From Octopus vulgaris (Eukaryota): a stretch of 64,000 bases of DNA. Location of the stretch: NCBI GenBank assembly GCA_951406725.2, contig OX597821.1, forward strand, positions 70,184,001 to 70,248,000, in the 5' to 3' direction. This document shows, piece after piece, positions 1 through 12,558 of the stretch (within the stretch, counting starts at the first letter, position 1; the number at the start of each line of letters is the position of its first letter). The notes under the pieces are model-generated. The model worked only from the letters and a program-made list of their open reading frames with translations, ran no database searches and was not told the origin of the DNA. A program made the position numbers and the translations under genes.

Positions 1-273
1 ACATTCTTCGTGGAAAATAGCGATTTTGACGTCTATATCTAGCATATTGACTGTCCACTTTTAGTGGTCAGTCCTTTAAATTTTGTATGTAAAAAATATT
101 TTAATCTTCGGATTTTTTTGATATGCTAAACCACTGGTTTTAATTGATTAATATCAATTTCTACCCTTATTCAATTCGAAACGTCAAACCCTCCTTCTTC
201 CCTGAGCGTCCAATAATACTTTATTTGTTCCACATCCTTGCGTTGTTGTTTTTTTGTTTTCTTGTTTGGATTA

Positions 274-317
<44 letters not shown>

Positions 318-588
318 TATATAAAAAGAGAGAAAAAAGCGAGTGATAGACAGACAGATTGAGATGGACGAGAAGAGAGTGGAGGAATAGTTGTTTCCAT
401 GTGAGCGTATTTTTATGTTGTTTTGTGTGTGTGTGTGTGTGTGTGAATGAGTGAGAGAGATGAGAGAGAAGGATCAAGCAAGAAAGTGGTTGGAAAGGAA
501 TGCTTATGTAAGAGCAGTTTGTGGTTTTGGAAAAACTTGTTGAGGGTTAGATAGAGAGATCGATCTTTCGATCGATCGGTAGACAGAC

Positions 589-630
<42 letters not shown>

Positions 631-650
631 TGATAGATAGATAGATAGAT

Positions 651-964
651 ATGTTTCTTTATTAGCCACACAGGGCTGCACACAGAAAGAACAACTTACA
701 AGGTAGAGCTTTTCTTTTGGGGGTAAAAAAGGGGGGTGGTTTTGATCAAAAGGGATCGTAAAAGGAAAGAAAGAGGACAAAAAAAGGGGAGGATTTAAAA
801 AAAAGGGGGAGAGAGGGGAAAAAAAAGAAAAGGGGAGAGGAAAAAAAAGTTGATCAATAGGGATCGTAATCACAGAAATGTCAATATGAAGTGTAAAGGG
901 GAGGACAGGTGAGGTTTACCCGTGGAAGGAAAAGCCTACGGAAAAGACCACGGTAACTTCGGTC
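651..964 (-). mobile_element. 3' UTR fragment of a Tx1/L1-like LINE inserted in (GATA)n
   Basis: Homologous to 58981-59250 (atgtttctttattagccacac...aaagcctacggaaaagaccacggtaac), which is attached to a Tx1-like ORF2 C-terminus. Flanked by GATA repeats. Confidence 0.75.
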
Positions 965-1149
965 GAACAAACAGGTAGATGAATAGAAAGATGCAAAAAC
1001 AAATAGATAGATAGATAGACTCAGTGAGAAAGATAGAGAAAGTAATGGAGTGTGTGCATGTTGAGATGTGTATGGTACGAGTTATTGGGGGGAATAGTTT
1101 TGTATTTAAAAAGATATTTCAATGCGACACTTCATTTCTTGCAATCCAT

Positions 1150-1184
<35 letters not shown>

Positions 1185-1332
1185 CTCTCTCTCTCTATCT
1201 CGCTCGCTCTCTGTCTGTCTGTCTCTTTCATCCCGCTTTTGTCTGTTGCTCTCTCTCTCTCTCACTATCTACCACCGTCTTTCTATGCAATATATATTTG
1301 CTAACGTCTCTTGAAATCCCTCCGTTTTGTTC

Positions 1333-1364
<32 letters not shown>

Positions 1365-1379
1365 GTGTGTGTGTGTGTG

Positions 1380-1410
<31 letters not shown>

Positions 1411-1490
1411 TTCTCCCCTTTCAGTGTTCTTTTTCTGCTTCTGCTCCCCCCTCTCTCTCTGTATGTGTGTATGCGTGTGTATAATGCATG

Positions 1491-1535
<45 letters not shown>

Positions 1536-1830
1536 ATGCGTGTTTATAACTTTGAATATATTCTGCATATTTATGTTTGTGTGTTCATGTTTGTGCGTTT
1601 GTATGTATGTGTGTGTTTATGTGTATGGGAATTTGTGTGTGTCTGTATGTCTGTGTGTGTGTATGCTTGTCTGTCCGTATTACCTATGTCCCAACTTATC
1701 TATCTGTTTACTTACATATCCAGTTACCTACACACATACGTCTACATCACAGCATATTACCAACTCTACCTGTATATATATATAAACTGTGGGCATTAGG
1801 GTATTACTAACTTCTACGTATATTTCCTAT

Positions 1831-3265
1831 TTAGTACTGGAATGTTTCATTTATGATGACGTACTCTAGCATTTGTCTGTGCGTTGGGTCCTTCGGGTGC
1901 TTAAATAAAATGCGGATGTCAACTTGACCCAGTGTGCCTCTGTTTTGTTCTTTGGCATGTTGATAGAGTATGAAGGATATTATTTTGTCGTCATATTGTC
2001 TCAAATGGTCATTTAGTCTCTCCGCAATGCTTCTAGATGTCTCACCTATGTATATCATGTTCTTGTCTTTAAAAGCAACCTCTATACACCTTATGCTGTT
2101 GACTACATTTCTAGTTCTACAGGTAACGCCTGGGTTAATCTTACATACCGTGCAGTTATCATTGGTGCATGTGGTACTCTCAAAGGGGTACGTCCTACAT
2201 AGTTGTGACCTTATTGAGCTCCCTGTCTTTTCAACGATCTTAAGATTGAGTGTGGCCTCCGTCAGAGACTTCCTAAATCTACGGGCTAGTTTTCCATTGG
2301 ATGTGACCTCTACAAACGTCACTCCTTGATATTTGTTGGTCTTGTACCACGTGTTCATCCTGTTTGTTTTCTCACAAACTCTTTGTATCCTATTCCAGTC
2401 TTTACTTTTCTATCTAGGGTTGGTGCCACTAGTTTCATAACATGTGATGCTATCTATCTTCTTTCTAGCACCCCTGTATATTCGAATCCTATTTTTCTGG
2501 TCACATCCAGAGAATTGCATGCGGTGCGTGAAATTCTGTACACGTTTCTTTGTTTCACAGGATTCGCGTAGTGGGGACACGTTGTTAATTATCCCGAGTC
2601 TGCTATCAGTGTGCTGAGTTTTATAAGCCATGGGTTTCGTGTAATAAGAGCGGAGGAGTTGCACTCTGTTGTTCACACCTCTAACCAAAGTTCAGTATCA
2701 AGGACAGGGTATCTATTGTTATGGTGTCTAGTGAGTTAATCTATAGTTACCTTGATACTTTGGTGGATGGGGTTAGTTACGTGCTGGATGCTCTCCATTA
2801 TGTTCTTCTCGGTTTCTACATTACAGTTACTAGAATTTGTCCTAACTAGAATATTAATGTCATCTACATACCTACAGTAATGCAAATCAGTCGAGGATTG
2901 TTCCACTAAGGATTGTTTAAATTTTCTATCCCACCAGGTCATGAAGAGTCTGGTCTCATCTCCAGCCACACCTTGAACCTAGATGTACAGTTTCTTGTTG
3001 AACTTTACTATGTGGTTCTTCAAGGTGGTTCTTACGCTAGCTCCTATTGCATGAGCAGTCAGTCTTCTCATTCGACTGTTGTTCTCAGGGTCCTGAGTGG
3101 GTGTGGTCCAGGCACTCCAGCGCTCTGCGGTGCTTTCCTTCTCTGTCAAGGTGATGGTGGGTGGTCTTCTCCACTGTGACCAGGTTTTGGTGAATCTAGA
3201 AGCTCCTAGTCCGGATCTGCACGTTGGCAACAGATGCAAGACGGTCGCCTTCCTGAGAGCTGGTG
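1831..3265 (-). mobile_element. Decayed Penelope-like retroelement (RT + GIY-YIG endonuclease)
   Basis: Frameshifted ORFs: LKNHIVKFNKKLYI (RT), YCRYVDDI (catalytic), YTKPMA, C-x4-C-x2-C linker, then CRTRNVV...YIGETSRSIAERLNDH (GIY-YIG). Confidence 0.9.
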
Positions 3266-3720
3266 ACAACCCAGGGACTCGGTCCTACATCTGTAACCGA
3301 GGAGTCTTATTTGGGAACACCGCTACTCACCCTGAATGGGGAAGGCCCTAGAACAGGTGGGCTAAATATCGAATGTCACCTCAGAATCCTGGCTGGTAAG
3401 CCGCGTCCAGCGGTACACCCATTCAAGCGGTCGAAAAACAACAGAAATTGAATTAAATAAATCAATTTAATCATTGGAACATGGAACGTACGGACGCTTC
3501 TCGATCCTAAAGGCACAGAGAAATCAGAACGTAGAACAGCTCTTGTCTCGAAAGAACTAGCGTGATTTAACATCGACATCGCTGCTCTCAGTGAAATACG
3601 TCTATCTGGGGGAAGGAAAGCCTGAAGAGATACGTTCGAATTATTCCTTCTTCTGCAAAGGGAAAGAAGAAGAAAGAAAAAATCACGGAGTCGTTTTTGC
3701 TGCAAAATCAAAGCTTGTCA
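3266..3720 (+). mobile_element. RTE-clade LINE 5' end with AP-endonuclease N-terminus (pseudogenised)
   Basis: From about 3463 it translates as NLIIGTWNVRTLLD...ERRTALVSKELA*FNIDIAALSEIRLSG. Confidence 0.85.
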
Positions 3721-3958
3721 AGGAATACAATCTGAAACCTTCTGTATGTATATAGTTATATATCAAATATATAGAATTTAAATACTATTGGATTTTACTC
3801 ATAATGTATTGGAATCTTATATATATACCATTCTGCCGAAAAAATGGATCTACAAATACCATATCCTTACACATCTTGCATCTATTTTCTCTCCTCCCCC
3901 TCACTCTCTATTTTGTATCTTATCTAAATTAACTATTACTAAACCATCTTCTCACACC

Positions 3959-4006
3959 GTCTCCGATAAAGGGATATAATAAATATCCTGGAAACAGCTG
4001 TAAGAC
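3959..4006 (+). ncRNA. Minimal hammerhead ribozyme-like motif (family A, copy 1, degenerate core)
   Basis: gtct-CCGATAA-agggatat/aataa/atatcctg-GAAA-cagctg-TA-agac, inside a ~250-bp repeat (about 3790-4030). Confidence 0.6.
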
Positions 4007-4039
4007 CTATCTATAAATGTTCTAAAATCTACACAGCCG

Positions 4040-4490
4040 AGGTTTTCACAGACAGTCCAACGAGGATCGGTGAGGTGCTGAATGACCAGTTCAAAAGTGT
4101 CTTTACCACCCCGTTGGAAAACAGACAAGTGAACGAACCAGTGGACTTCTTTGCCGCCTCACCTATAACCAGCGAGGCAGTTACAATGGAATACATTGAC
4201 ATTAGCGGAGAAGATATACTACTAGCCATAGATGAAGTGGACACAAACTCAACTGTTGGTCCTGATGGTGCCCAGCAAACCTCCTCAAAGCGTGTAAGCA
4301 TTCCCTGGCAAAACCCCTCAAGATTCTCTTCCAGAGCTTTCTTGCAAATGGCAAACTGCCAAGTAAGCTGAAGGAGGGAATAATATGCCCAATCCATAAA
4401 GGGGGATGCAGAGCAAATGCCAAAAACTATAGTCCTATCTCTCTGACTTCACACATCAGCAAAGTCATGGAACGGACAGTCAGAGGGACG
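4040..4490 (+). mobile_element. CR1/L2-type LINE fragment upstream of the RT domain
   Basis: VLNDQFKSVFT...GPDG...PIHKGG..ANAKNYSPISLTSHISKVMER. Confidence 0.75.
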
Positions 4491-4494
4491 CAAT

Positions 4495-5456
4495 CTTCAT
4501 CATCATATGTTCCCTTAAGATCGAAAGATGGAAATGAGGTTATTAACGATCCTCCCGGAATAAGGAATTGATGGCGAGAACACTTGGCAGATCTTTTCCA
4601 CAATCTGTCTGCAGTGAACATGGATACCATAAACAACTCTCCGCAATGAGAGATAGTGCAACATATGAACGATACTCCTTCTATTGAAGAAGTAAATCCG
4701 GCATTATATAAACTAAGATCAGGTTAAGCTACTGGATTGGATGGTATTCCAGTTGAAATTCTGAAAGCAGGAGAGGGTTAGATTTCATCTGAAATTCATA
4801 ACCTGATAACTCGAGTTTGGAATGAATCTTCAATGTCACAAGAACGGATAAAGGACATTCTAATATCTGTATACAAGGGTAAGGGCCCAAAAGCAGTGTG
4901 TGGTAATTCTAGATGGATAACTCTTGTGGCACATACCGGGAAGATACTTTCAAGGATCATGATGGATCGTCTTGTTGAGAATGTGTATTCACATGGGATT
5001 CCTGAAGAACAGTGTAGTTTCTGACCTGGGCGAGAAACAATGGACATGATATTTCCTGTGAGACAGGTTCAAGAAAAATCCATAGAGGAACAAATGTCAC
5101 TCTACCAGGTCTTCAAAAATTTAACTAAGGCAGTGTGTCCCGGTAAAAAGGGACACGCTGTGGATTGTTTTGTGTAAACTTCGTTGCCCAACACATTTTG
5201 TGGGTATTTTTAAGGAACCACACAGAAACACGAAAGCTCAGGTAATGATGAGCTGTCTCATGAATTTTGGGCAGACAACGGTGTCAAACAGGGAGATGTT
5301 CCTGCCCCTACCCTTTTCTCTACTTATTTTGCTGCATTGCTTTGGGATGCTTCCAGGGATTGCAACAGAAGAATCGGAATCAGATTTCGGACACCTGGTC
5401 GTATTCTTAATTTGACCCGGTTTAACTGTAGAGCAAAGTCGTTCAAAATACTTTGA
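4495..5456 (+). mobile_element. RTE-clade LINE RT fragment, probably continuing 3266-3720
   Basis: ATGLDGIPVEILK, YKGKGPKAVCGNSRWITL...GKILSRI, PEEQCSF*PGR, GVKQGDVPAPTLFS, with stops and frameshifts. Confidence 0.85.
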
Positions 5457-5629
5457 GATGTGACATCGATCATCGTTTGTTACTGAAAGAACGCTGGTTC
5501 ACATACAGTCACATACCACCCTTTACACACACATAAATATACTCAGGTAGAGTTGAAAAGCTCACACTACCACTTTGCCATCACCCCTTCCTTTTTCATA
5601 CATATATTGTGACGGAGAAAAGTAAGTAG

Positions 5630-5717
<88 letters not shown>

Positions 5718-5721
<4 letters not shown>

Positions 5722-5968
5722 ATATAGATTTACCCAAGGTTTCGACCCAGAAAGTCAAGGCCTTGTGGACAGCTGGTCAGCCTCTATATGAATACAAAAA
5801 TATCTACGTCACAGACCTGAGCAAATAACCCGTACTCATTAACGTATTCCTTGAGTTCTGAGCGTTTCCTCATGTCTGCCACGTTGGTATATTCATATAG
5901 AGTCTGACCAGCTGTCCACAAGGCTTTGGCTTTGTGAGTGCGAAAACTTGGCTAACTTTATTTAAAAT
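5718..5968. repeat. Inverted repeat with an HHR-like motif in each arm (5725-5786 minus, 5898-5960 plus)
   Basis: Plus arm: tagagt-CTGACCA-gc...gc-GAAA-acttggc-TA-acttta. Arms are about 78 bp with a ~90-bp spacer. Follows a (TA)n(GA)n tract. Confidence 0.6.
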
Positions 5969-6044
5969 TTTGTCGAAATAATTACTGCTCTATATTTTTA
6001 GAGTGTGCTTCAGATGAATTGTTTATAAACTATATCTCTGTATA

Positions 6045-6450
6045 TATTAAACTGAGAATGTGTGTCTGTCTGTCTGTCTGGGTGTTTCCCTAAAACTTGA
6101 GAACTGCACAACCAATTTCATTCAAATTTTACACATGCCTTTCTTAGGGTCCGGGGAGTGTCATCGGTAAAAAAATGTTTAACTTTTTGCCTAGGGCGAG
6201 CCCACAGCAATATCATATCTTCTCCACTACGATTCCCTAAAACTTGAGAACTACACAACCAATTCCATTCAAATTTTACACATGCCTTACTTAGGGTCAT
6301 GGGCAAAAGAATGTTCAACTTCTTGCCTAGAGCGAGCCCATAGCAATATCATATCTTCTTCACTATTTCAGTATTACGTGTTAAAAGTGAAACAAAACGT
6401 TTCTCTATATTATGTCAGATACTTTCACTTTAACAATAAAAATAATAATA
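6045..6450 (+). mobile_element. Non-autonomous Helitron-like repeat; second copy at 7088-7500
   Basis: aaactgagaatgtgtgtctgtctg...ccctaaaacttgagaact...aaattttacac, internally duplicated and repeated at 7088. Confidence 0.5.
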
Positions 6451-7087
6451 GCAATTGAATTTATGGGAATAAATTAAAAATAAAATTAGTGTGCAGAAAT
6501 GGAATAGTCCAGATGGATAATAGAAAATTAAATTAAAGAAAAGACTATTGTCTATAAAGTATACAATGTAGAGAAAAAAGATTTGAACACCTGGAGGAAA
6601 GCACCTTCGAAAAGTGTCTTAGTGCGACTATGAAAGATATCTAACCAGAAGCGGTAAATTCGCCACAATAGAAGCAAGGTTCGAGTCAACGGAGCGTGCA
6701 AGGGAGTACTCGACTCGAACTTGCAAAGTGGAAATATTTTATTTTTACCTTTATATCTGGGACGTAGGACGTCCCGGATAAAAATTTAAAATCCCCCCTT
6801 CATAAGTAGAGATAAGCTGGATTGTAGCCACACTTCTATACAAGAGGGAAGACAAGATGCAATTGATCGAAATTACAAGAGACGGGCTAACAATTCCAGT
6901 CTGTAATATATATTGAGTATTGTTATCACTAGCGATATCAAGATATAACTTTGTATTTTGTATTTTATGTGTAGATGTATATATATAGATATACATGTAA
7001 TATGTACACATATATATACACATATATACATGCACTAGCACTATGACCCTGCAACGACGGCTCATAATTCTAGTATATATATATATA

Positions 7088-7500
7088 TAAAACTGAGAAT
7101 GTGTGTGTGTCTGTCTGTCTGTGTGAATCCCTAAAACTTGAGAACTACACAACCAATTTCATTCAAATTTACACATGCCTTACTTAGGGTTCATGTAGTA
7201 TCATGGGCAAGAAAATTCCTAACATCTTGCCTAGGGCGAGCCCACAGCAATATCATATCTTCTCCACTATTTCAGTATTACGTGTTAAAAGTGAAACAAA
7301 AACATCTCTCTATTGTAATGTCAGATACTTTCATTTTAATACTGAAACTATTAAAGTCAAACTATTATGTAACAGGGATGAATCGTTAACAGTGGACATC
7401 CATTTTGCTAGAAGATCCGCTATGGTCTTATATGCTACACCACTGGTTTTCAATTCATATTAATCAAATTAATATTCAATTTCTCACCCTTATTATTTTA
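7088..7500 (+). mobile_element. Second copy of the Helitron-like repeat
   Basis: Near-identical to 6045-6440 over about 250 bp. Confidence 0.5.
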
Positions 7501-7774
7501 AATTTAAATTTAAACCCAGGACCATGTGTTTTGGAACGAAGTTTGTTACCACACAGCCACACCTGCACCTATGTATGTGTGTGTGTGTGTGTATGTGTGT
7601 ATAGCTGTATATGTATACATTTAGTTTTATACATATAGATATATATGTATACATGTATATGTGTAGATGTATATATAGATAGATGTACATGTAATATGTA
7701 CACATATATATTTACATATATACATGCATACCTATATATACACCCATACACACATACACACACACAAATACATA

Positions 7775-8100
7775 GGTGCAGGTGTGGCTGTGTGGTAACA
7801 AACTTCGTTCCAATACACATGGTCCTGGGTTCAATCCCACTGTATCTTCTGGCATGTGTCTTCTGCTATAGCCCCAGACCAACCAAAGCCTTGTCAGTAG
7901 ATTTTGTAGACAGAAACTGAAAGAAATCAATCGTATATATATATATATATAAGTAAGTATGTGTGTGTGTCTTTGTGTTTCTCCCTCATCACTGCCTCAC
8001 AACTGGTATTCGTTTATTTACATCTCCATAACTTACTGGTTTCACAAGAAGAAACTGATAGAATAAGTACCAGGTTTATCAAAACAAAAAAAAACCCCAC
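7775..8100 (+). mobile_element. tRNA-derived SINE, with an inverted copy of its head at 7512-7570
   Basis: A-box-like gtggctgtgtggta and B-box gggttcaatccc. Confidence 0.65.
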
Positions 8101-8141
8101 TAGGCAGTATCTCATATTTTTGTTTGCCCTCATAGTTTATC

Positions 8142-8206
<65 letters not shown>

Positions 8207-8474
8207 TGTGTGTATACATACATACATACATACATAGATACATACATATATATATGGATTTCGTAGACAGAAACTTAAAGAAATCAATCGTATATATATA
8301 TGTATATATTTAAGTGTATGTGTGTGACTTTTTTTCTGTGATTCATCCTCATCACTGCTTCACAAGAAGAAACTAATAAAATAAGTAGCAGGCTTATCAA
8401 CATAAAAAAGCACTACGCTGTGTCTCATATTTTTATTTACCCATTCAGTTGTATGTATCAATTTATCTTTGTGC

Positions 8475-8518
<44 letters not shown>

Positions 8519-8607
8519 CACACACACACACGCACACATACACACACACATATATATATATATATGTATATATATACACACATGTATGTATATGTGTACA
8601 TTCATAT

Positions 8608-10275
8608 TTATTATATCAAAGACAATGTCTTTATGTGTTCGTGTATTACTTATACATTCGAAAACTGCTGCACCGATCATAATGAAATTTGGAACACAAA
8701 ATCGAAGCCTAGGGAGAAGGGTAATGCTGTGTGCTTCATACAATTTCATGGACCAAAATTACTGAATGGATCCTTATGATATTTGAAACTTAGATTCAAT
8801 GCATAAGGGCGGGTATAATGCAATATGTTTGGTTTGAATTTCAGATGGCTTAAAGGGGGCAGAACCCCCCATGAAAATTCATAAATTTTCGATGTTGATG
8901 AAATTTCAACCATGGGTAATTGACACACATCAAGAAGTATTCTCAGTTTCCACTTCACATGAGGATTCTAAGACACCCTAATGGGGGCCTTAAATCCAAA
9001 TTTTAGTAATTTCTTTTATGATCCAAACCTAAGTCAAAAGTACTGAATGAATATTTACGAAATTTGGAAATTATATTCTATGCATAAGGGCCACAACCCC
9101 CATGACACTTCATATATTTTTGCTGTTGATGAAATTTTAACCATAGATATTAAATACAAATGAAGCAATATTTATAAAATTTCTTCTTACAAGTTAGTAA
9201 GACCCCTTCATGGGGACTTAACACCCACAATTTTGTTATTTTATCTAAGCAAAGACGAATAGTTGAACTCTTGGAAGCTGTGGGGTTATCCGAGCATAGA
9301 AGATGAGAATTATTTGTGATTCAATGGCACAACAGTGTAACAGTTTGCTTTAACATACACCTAGATGGTGATTTCTGCAATGTGTTGCGTAAATTGTCAA
9401 GTGAATGAGAGGAATTTTGCCACCACTGATTCAGTTGCAAAGTGTTGAGAAAAGTTATTTGATTGCAGATCTCCTTTCAGTCTTTTTATTATCACTGGGT
9501 CACACATAGTCCCCACATAGTAACACTGATTTCAAGGCCTTCCCAGTTGAGTTACTGGTTATTCAGAGACATTTATAGACTGTATATTTATTATGTCCAG
9601 TTACGTATCAGTATAGTGGACATTTGCAAACTCCAACTTTCATTTCTCCTTACCCCTCACGTCATACAGTTGTTATTGTTGATTTCAGTTGGGTCACGCT
9701 CTTCCAATTGCTATAGATTCGTAATGCATCCTACGGCTGTGCCTGTCACCTGCATTGTGAGGAATGCTACATTGGGAGTGGTAACGACTATGGTACTGTA
9801 GCTGACTGCTTATTGTGATCATTCGTCTTTTGGTTTCCTGCAGCTTTGCTCTCTTTTACAAACCCAGTGAACATATGTTTCCTATTTCAAAGAAATTCAA
9901 ACAATAGATATAAGACCCAAGTTAAAAAGATTCTCAACAAGTCAACTTCTCTGGTTGACATTAAGCTGCCCACCCCCAATAGGGGCCTTAACTCTCACAT
10001 TTTAGAGCTCCATGACCTCCATTTTTCTGGAGCAAAATCCTTTTAACAGGTTCTATAAGACTGAAATTTTGGAATATGCGCATAAAAATCAGTAGTATGG
10101 AATACATGTGGCACGATTACAATTTTGTTTGGGTGTGTAAAGAGGGATATAACACTCATCTGCAATTTTGATGAAATTCGAAACATAGGTATTCCAGTTC
10201 ATTGCAGAAAATATAACAGAAAAGTTTAATTCTTCAATTGTATGTAATTCGGGCAACGCCGGGTAATTCTGCTAG
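8608..10275 (+). mobile_element. Non-autonomous Helitron
   Basis: 3' end cgggcaacgccgggtaattctgCTAG|t (GC-rich subterminal motif plus CTAG) and internal subrepeats at 8740-9250. The 5' boundary is approximate. Confidence 0.6.
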
Positions 10276-10279
10276 TGTG

Positions 10280-10351
<72 letters not shown>

Positions 10352-10353
<2 letters not shown>

Positions 10354-10788
10354 AGAAATATTGAATTTCTAAATGTCTCAGAGAGACATGAGCGGTGGTG
10401 GAGCGATATAGTGGTCGTATACTATTGAGTTGACAGTATACGACCACTATATCGCTCCACCACCACTCATGCCTCTCTTAGACATTTAGAAATTCAATAT
10501 TTTCAATTTCGGTGATCAGTAAATAAATTTTACTGAAAATAGGATATATTTGCGAAAAGGTTGCAGTCATCTCAGCGAGCGAGACTGGCTACCCTGGACT
10601 GACGACGAGCAATAGACTCAGAAACATATGTCTTCAGGTGCATCTCCCAGCTGGCGGCGGTGATTGCCTCCCCTTTGCAAATATAAGGACACAGAAAATG
10701 TGTCAAAGCCGACAGGAAACGTCGATGTTTCCTAGGTCGAAATGGTGGTGGTGTAATTCCCTTACGGGACTGTCACATTGAGTTGACA

Positions 10789-10793
<5 letters not shown>
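10352..10793 (+). mobile_element. HHR-bearing 353-nt unit with 17-nt terminal redundancy and a 5' inversion, between two (TA)n tracts
   Basis: attgagttgacagtata at 10424 and 10777. 10352-10423 is the reverse complement of about 10435-10507. Confidence 0.8.
10593..10638 (+). ncRNA. Minimal type-I hammerhead ribozyme, canonical core
   Basis: cctgga-CTGACGA-cgag/caataga/ctca-GAAA-catatg-TC-ttcagg. Confidence 0.85.
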
Positions 10794-10850
<57 letters not shown>

Positions 10851-10851
<1 letters not shown>

Positions 10852-11352
10852 ATAGTTATCGGCATACTAATATGGCATTCTTATAAAAATAAGAAAAAAG
10901 CTGTCCGCTTATTAGCTCCATGAGGCCATCGCCTTAAGTTAGCTATTTGATACACAAACTGTATCCATATAACCTTCGAACAAGGGAGGTCAGTCGCTCC
11001 ACACTACTTGACCGGCAGCTACAGACGCGTTTCGGAGTATTGCCCCTTTTCAATGCAGCGTAGCCAGCCAGTAGGTGTCGCTTCCGACAATCTCTGTTCG
11101 ATGGTTTTATTTACCTAGTTTCGGTGGAATACATCCACTTGTTTTCAATAATAGAAATATTAAAATAACTAAGTCTCTCTAAAAGAGAACAGCGGCAGCG
11201 TTCCCGGAAAATAATAGTTATCGCCATACTAATATGGCATTCTTATAAAAATAAGAAAAAAGCTGTCCGCTTATTAGCTCCATGAGGCCATCGCCTTAAG
11301 TTAGCTATTTGATACACAAACTGTATCCATATAACCTTCGAACAAGGGAGGT
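10851..11352 (-). mobile_element. 1.4 copies of a 362-nt HHR-bearing unit
   Basis: 10851-10990 is repeated at 11213-11352. The HHR lies between the repeats and the element starts at a (TA)n tract. Confidence 0.8.
11018..11059 (-). ncRNA. Minimal hammerhead ribozyme (UUGAAAA core)
   Basis: Minus strand: gctgca-TTGAAAA-gggg/caata/ctcc-GAAA-cgcg-TC-tgtagc. Confidence 0.75.
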
Positions 11353-11399
11353 TTGTCCCCTCTGTGTTTAGCCCCTTGTGGGTAGTAAAGAAATAGAAA

Positions 11400-11570
11400 T
11401 AGGCATTTCGTCTGTCTTTACGTTCTGAGTTCAAATTCCGTCGAGGTTGACATTGCCTTTCATCGTTTCACGGCACGATAAATTAAGTACCAGTTGCGTA
11501 CTGGGCTTCAATCTAATCGACTGACCCTTCCCCCAAAATTTCGGGCCTTGTGCCTTGAGTAGAAAAGAAT
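11400..11570 (+). mobile_element. Octopus-type SINE, 5'-truncated
   Basis: tttcgtctgtctttacgttctgagttcaaattccgtcgaggttgac...taagtaccagttgcgtactgg; same family as 57900-58125 and 63317-63476. Confidence 0.75.
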
Positions 11571-12241
11571 ATATACAGACATTAACTGAAAGATACAAAA
11601 AATGTGTAAAATAAGAGGAAGGAAGACATGAAGAGAGGAGGGAGGGAGAAAAGTGAAGAACTATAAGTGGAAGAGAAGGGAGAGAGAGAGAAAGAAGAGG
11701 GAGGAGGAGGAGGCAGTTTCCAGAATTAGTTTCTAAGAAGCGTCTCTCGGACAACTTCAATTCTTAATGGCGAGAAGTTGCTTCGTGTTTGCCTTACTTT
11801 TCAAGTCTTTCTCTCTTTCTCGTCCTCTTCCACCCCTTCTCTCTCTCTCACCCTTAATTACGTTTCTGTTTTATTTTCGTTTCCTCTCACCTTACTCTCT
11901 CCGTCTCCCGTCTTCCTTCCCTTCTTTTTCTCTCTCTTTCTACAATCTAACATTTCTCTCCCTGTTCCCTCTCCCACCATCTTTCTTTTCTTTCTCTCTC
12001 TATCTCTCTCTTCTGTTTATCTCTACTCACTCTTTCTGTCTGCAACATTTCACTTTCGTTGTTTTTATTCATCGATATTTCTAATCTTCCTCACTCTCCC
12101 TCTTTCCCTCTCTATCCCACTTTCTCTTTCCCTCTCTATCTCTGTTCTTTCCTTTATCCTTCTCTATCTTTCTTTTTTATCTCTTCATTATTACGTCATT
12201 ATTATTTTCTCCACCAAAACTGTCTCACTTTCTCTCTTTCA

Positions 12242-12311
<70 letters not shown>

Positions 12312-12527
12312 CTCTTCCCTCTATATATCTACCTCTCTATCTCTTCCGCTCTCTCTCTCTATCTATCTATGTCTCTCTTCCTCTTTCTATCCCTCCAGTC
12401 CGTCTTCTATTGAACTGGGATCTCCTCCTATCGACTTAATGAAATGATATTAAGTGGGCCCTGAAGATCGAGGGAATAGCATTTGGTTGTAGTATGTTAA
12501 AACATGTGAAAATAATATTTTAGAATA

Positions 12528-12558
<31 letters not shown>

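Noticed and set aside
170-280. HHR fragments (gaaacgtc at about 178; ttgacga at about 47235 minus; ctgatga at about 38015 minus)
   Set aside because: Only half motifs; probably truncated members of the same class and not counted.
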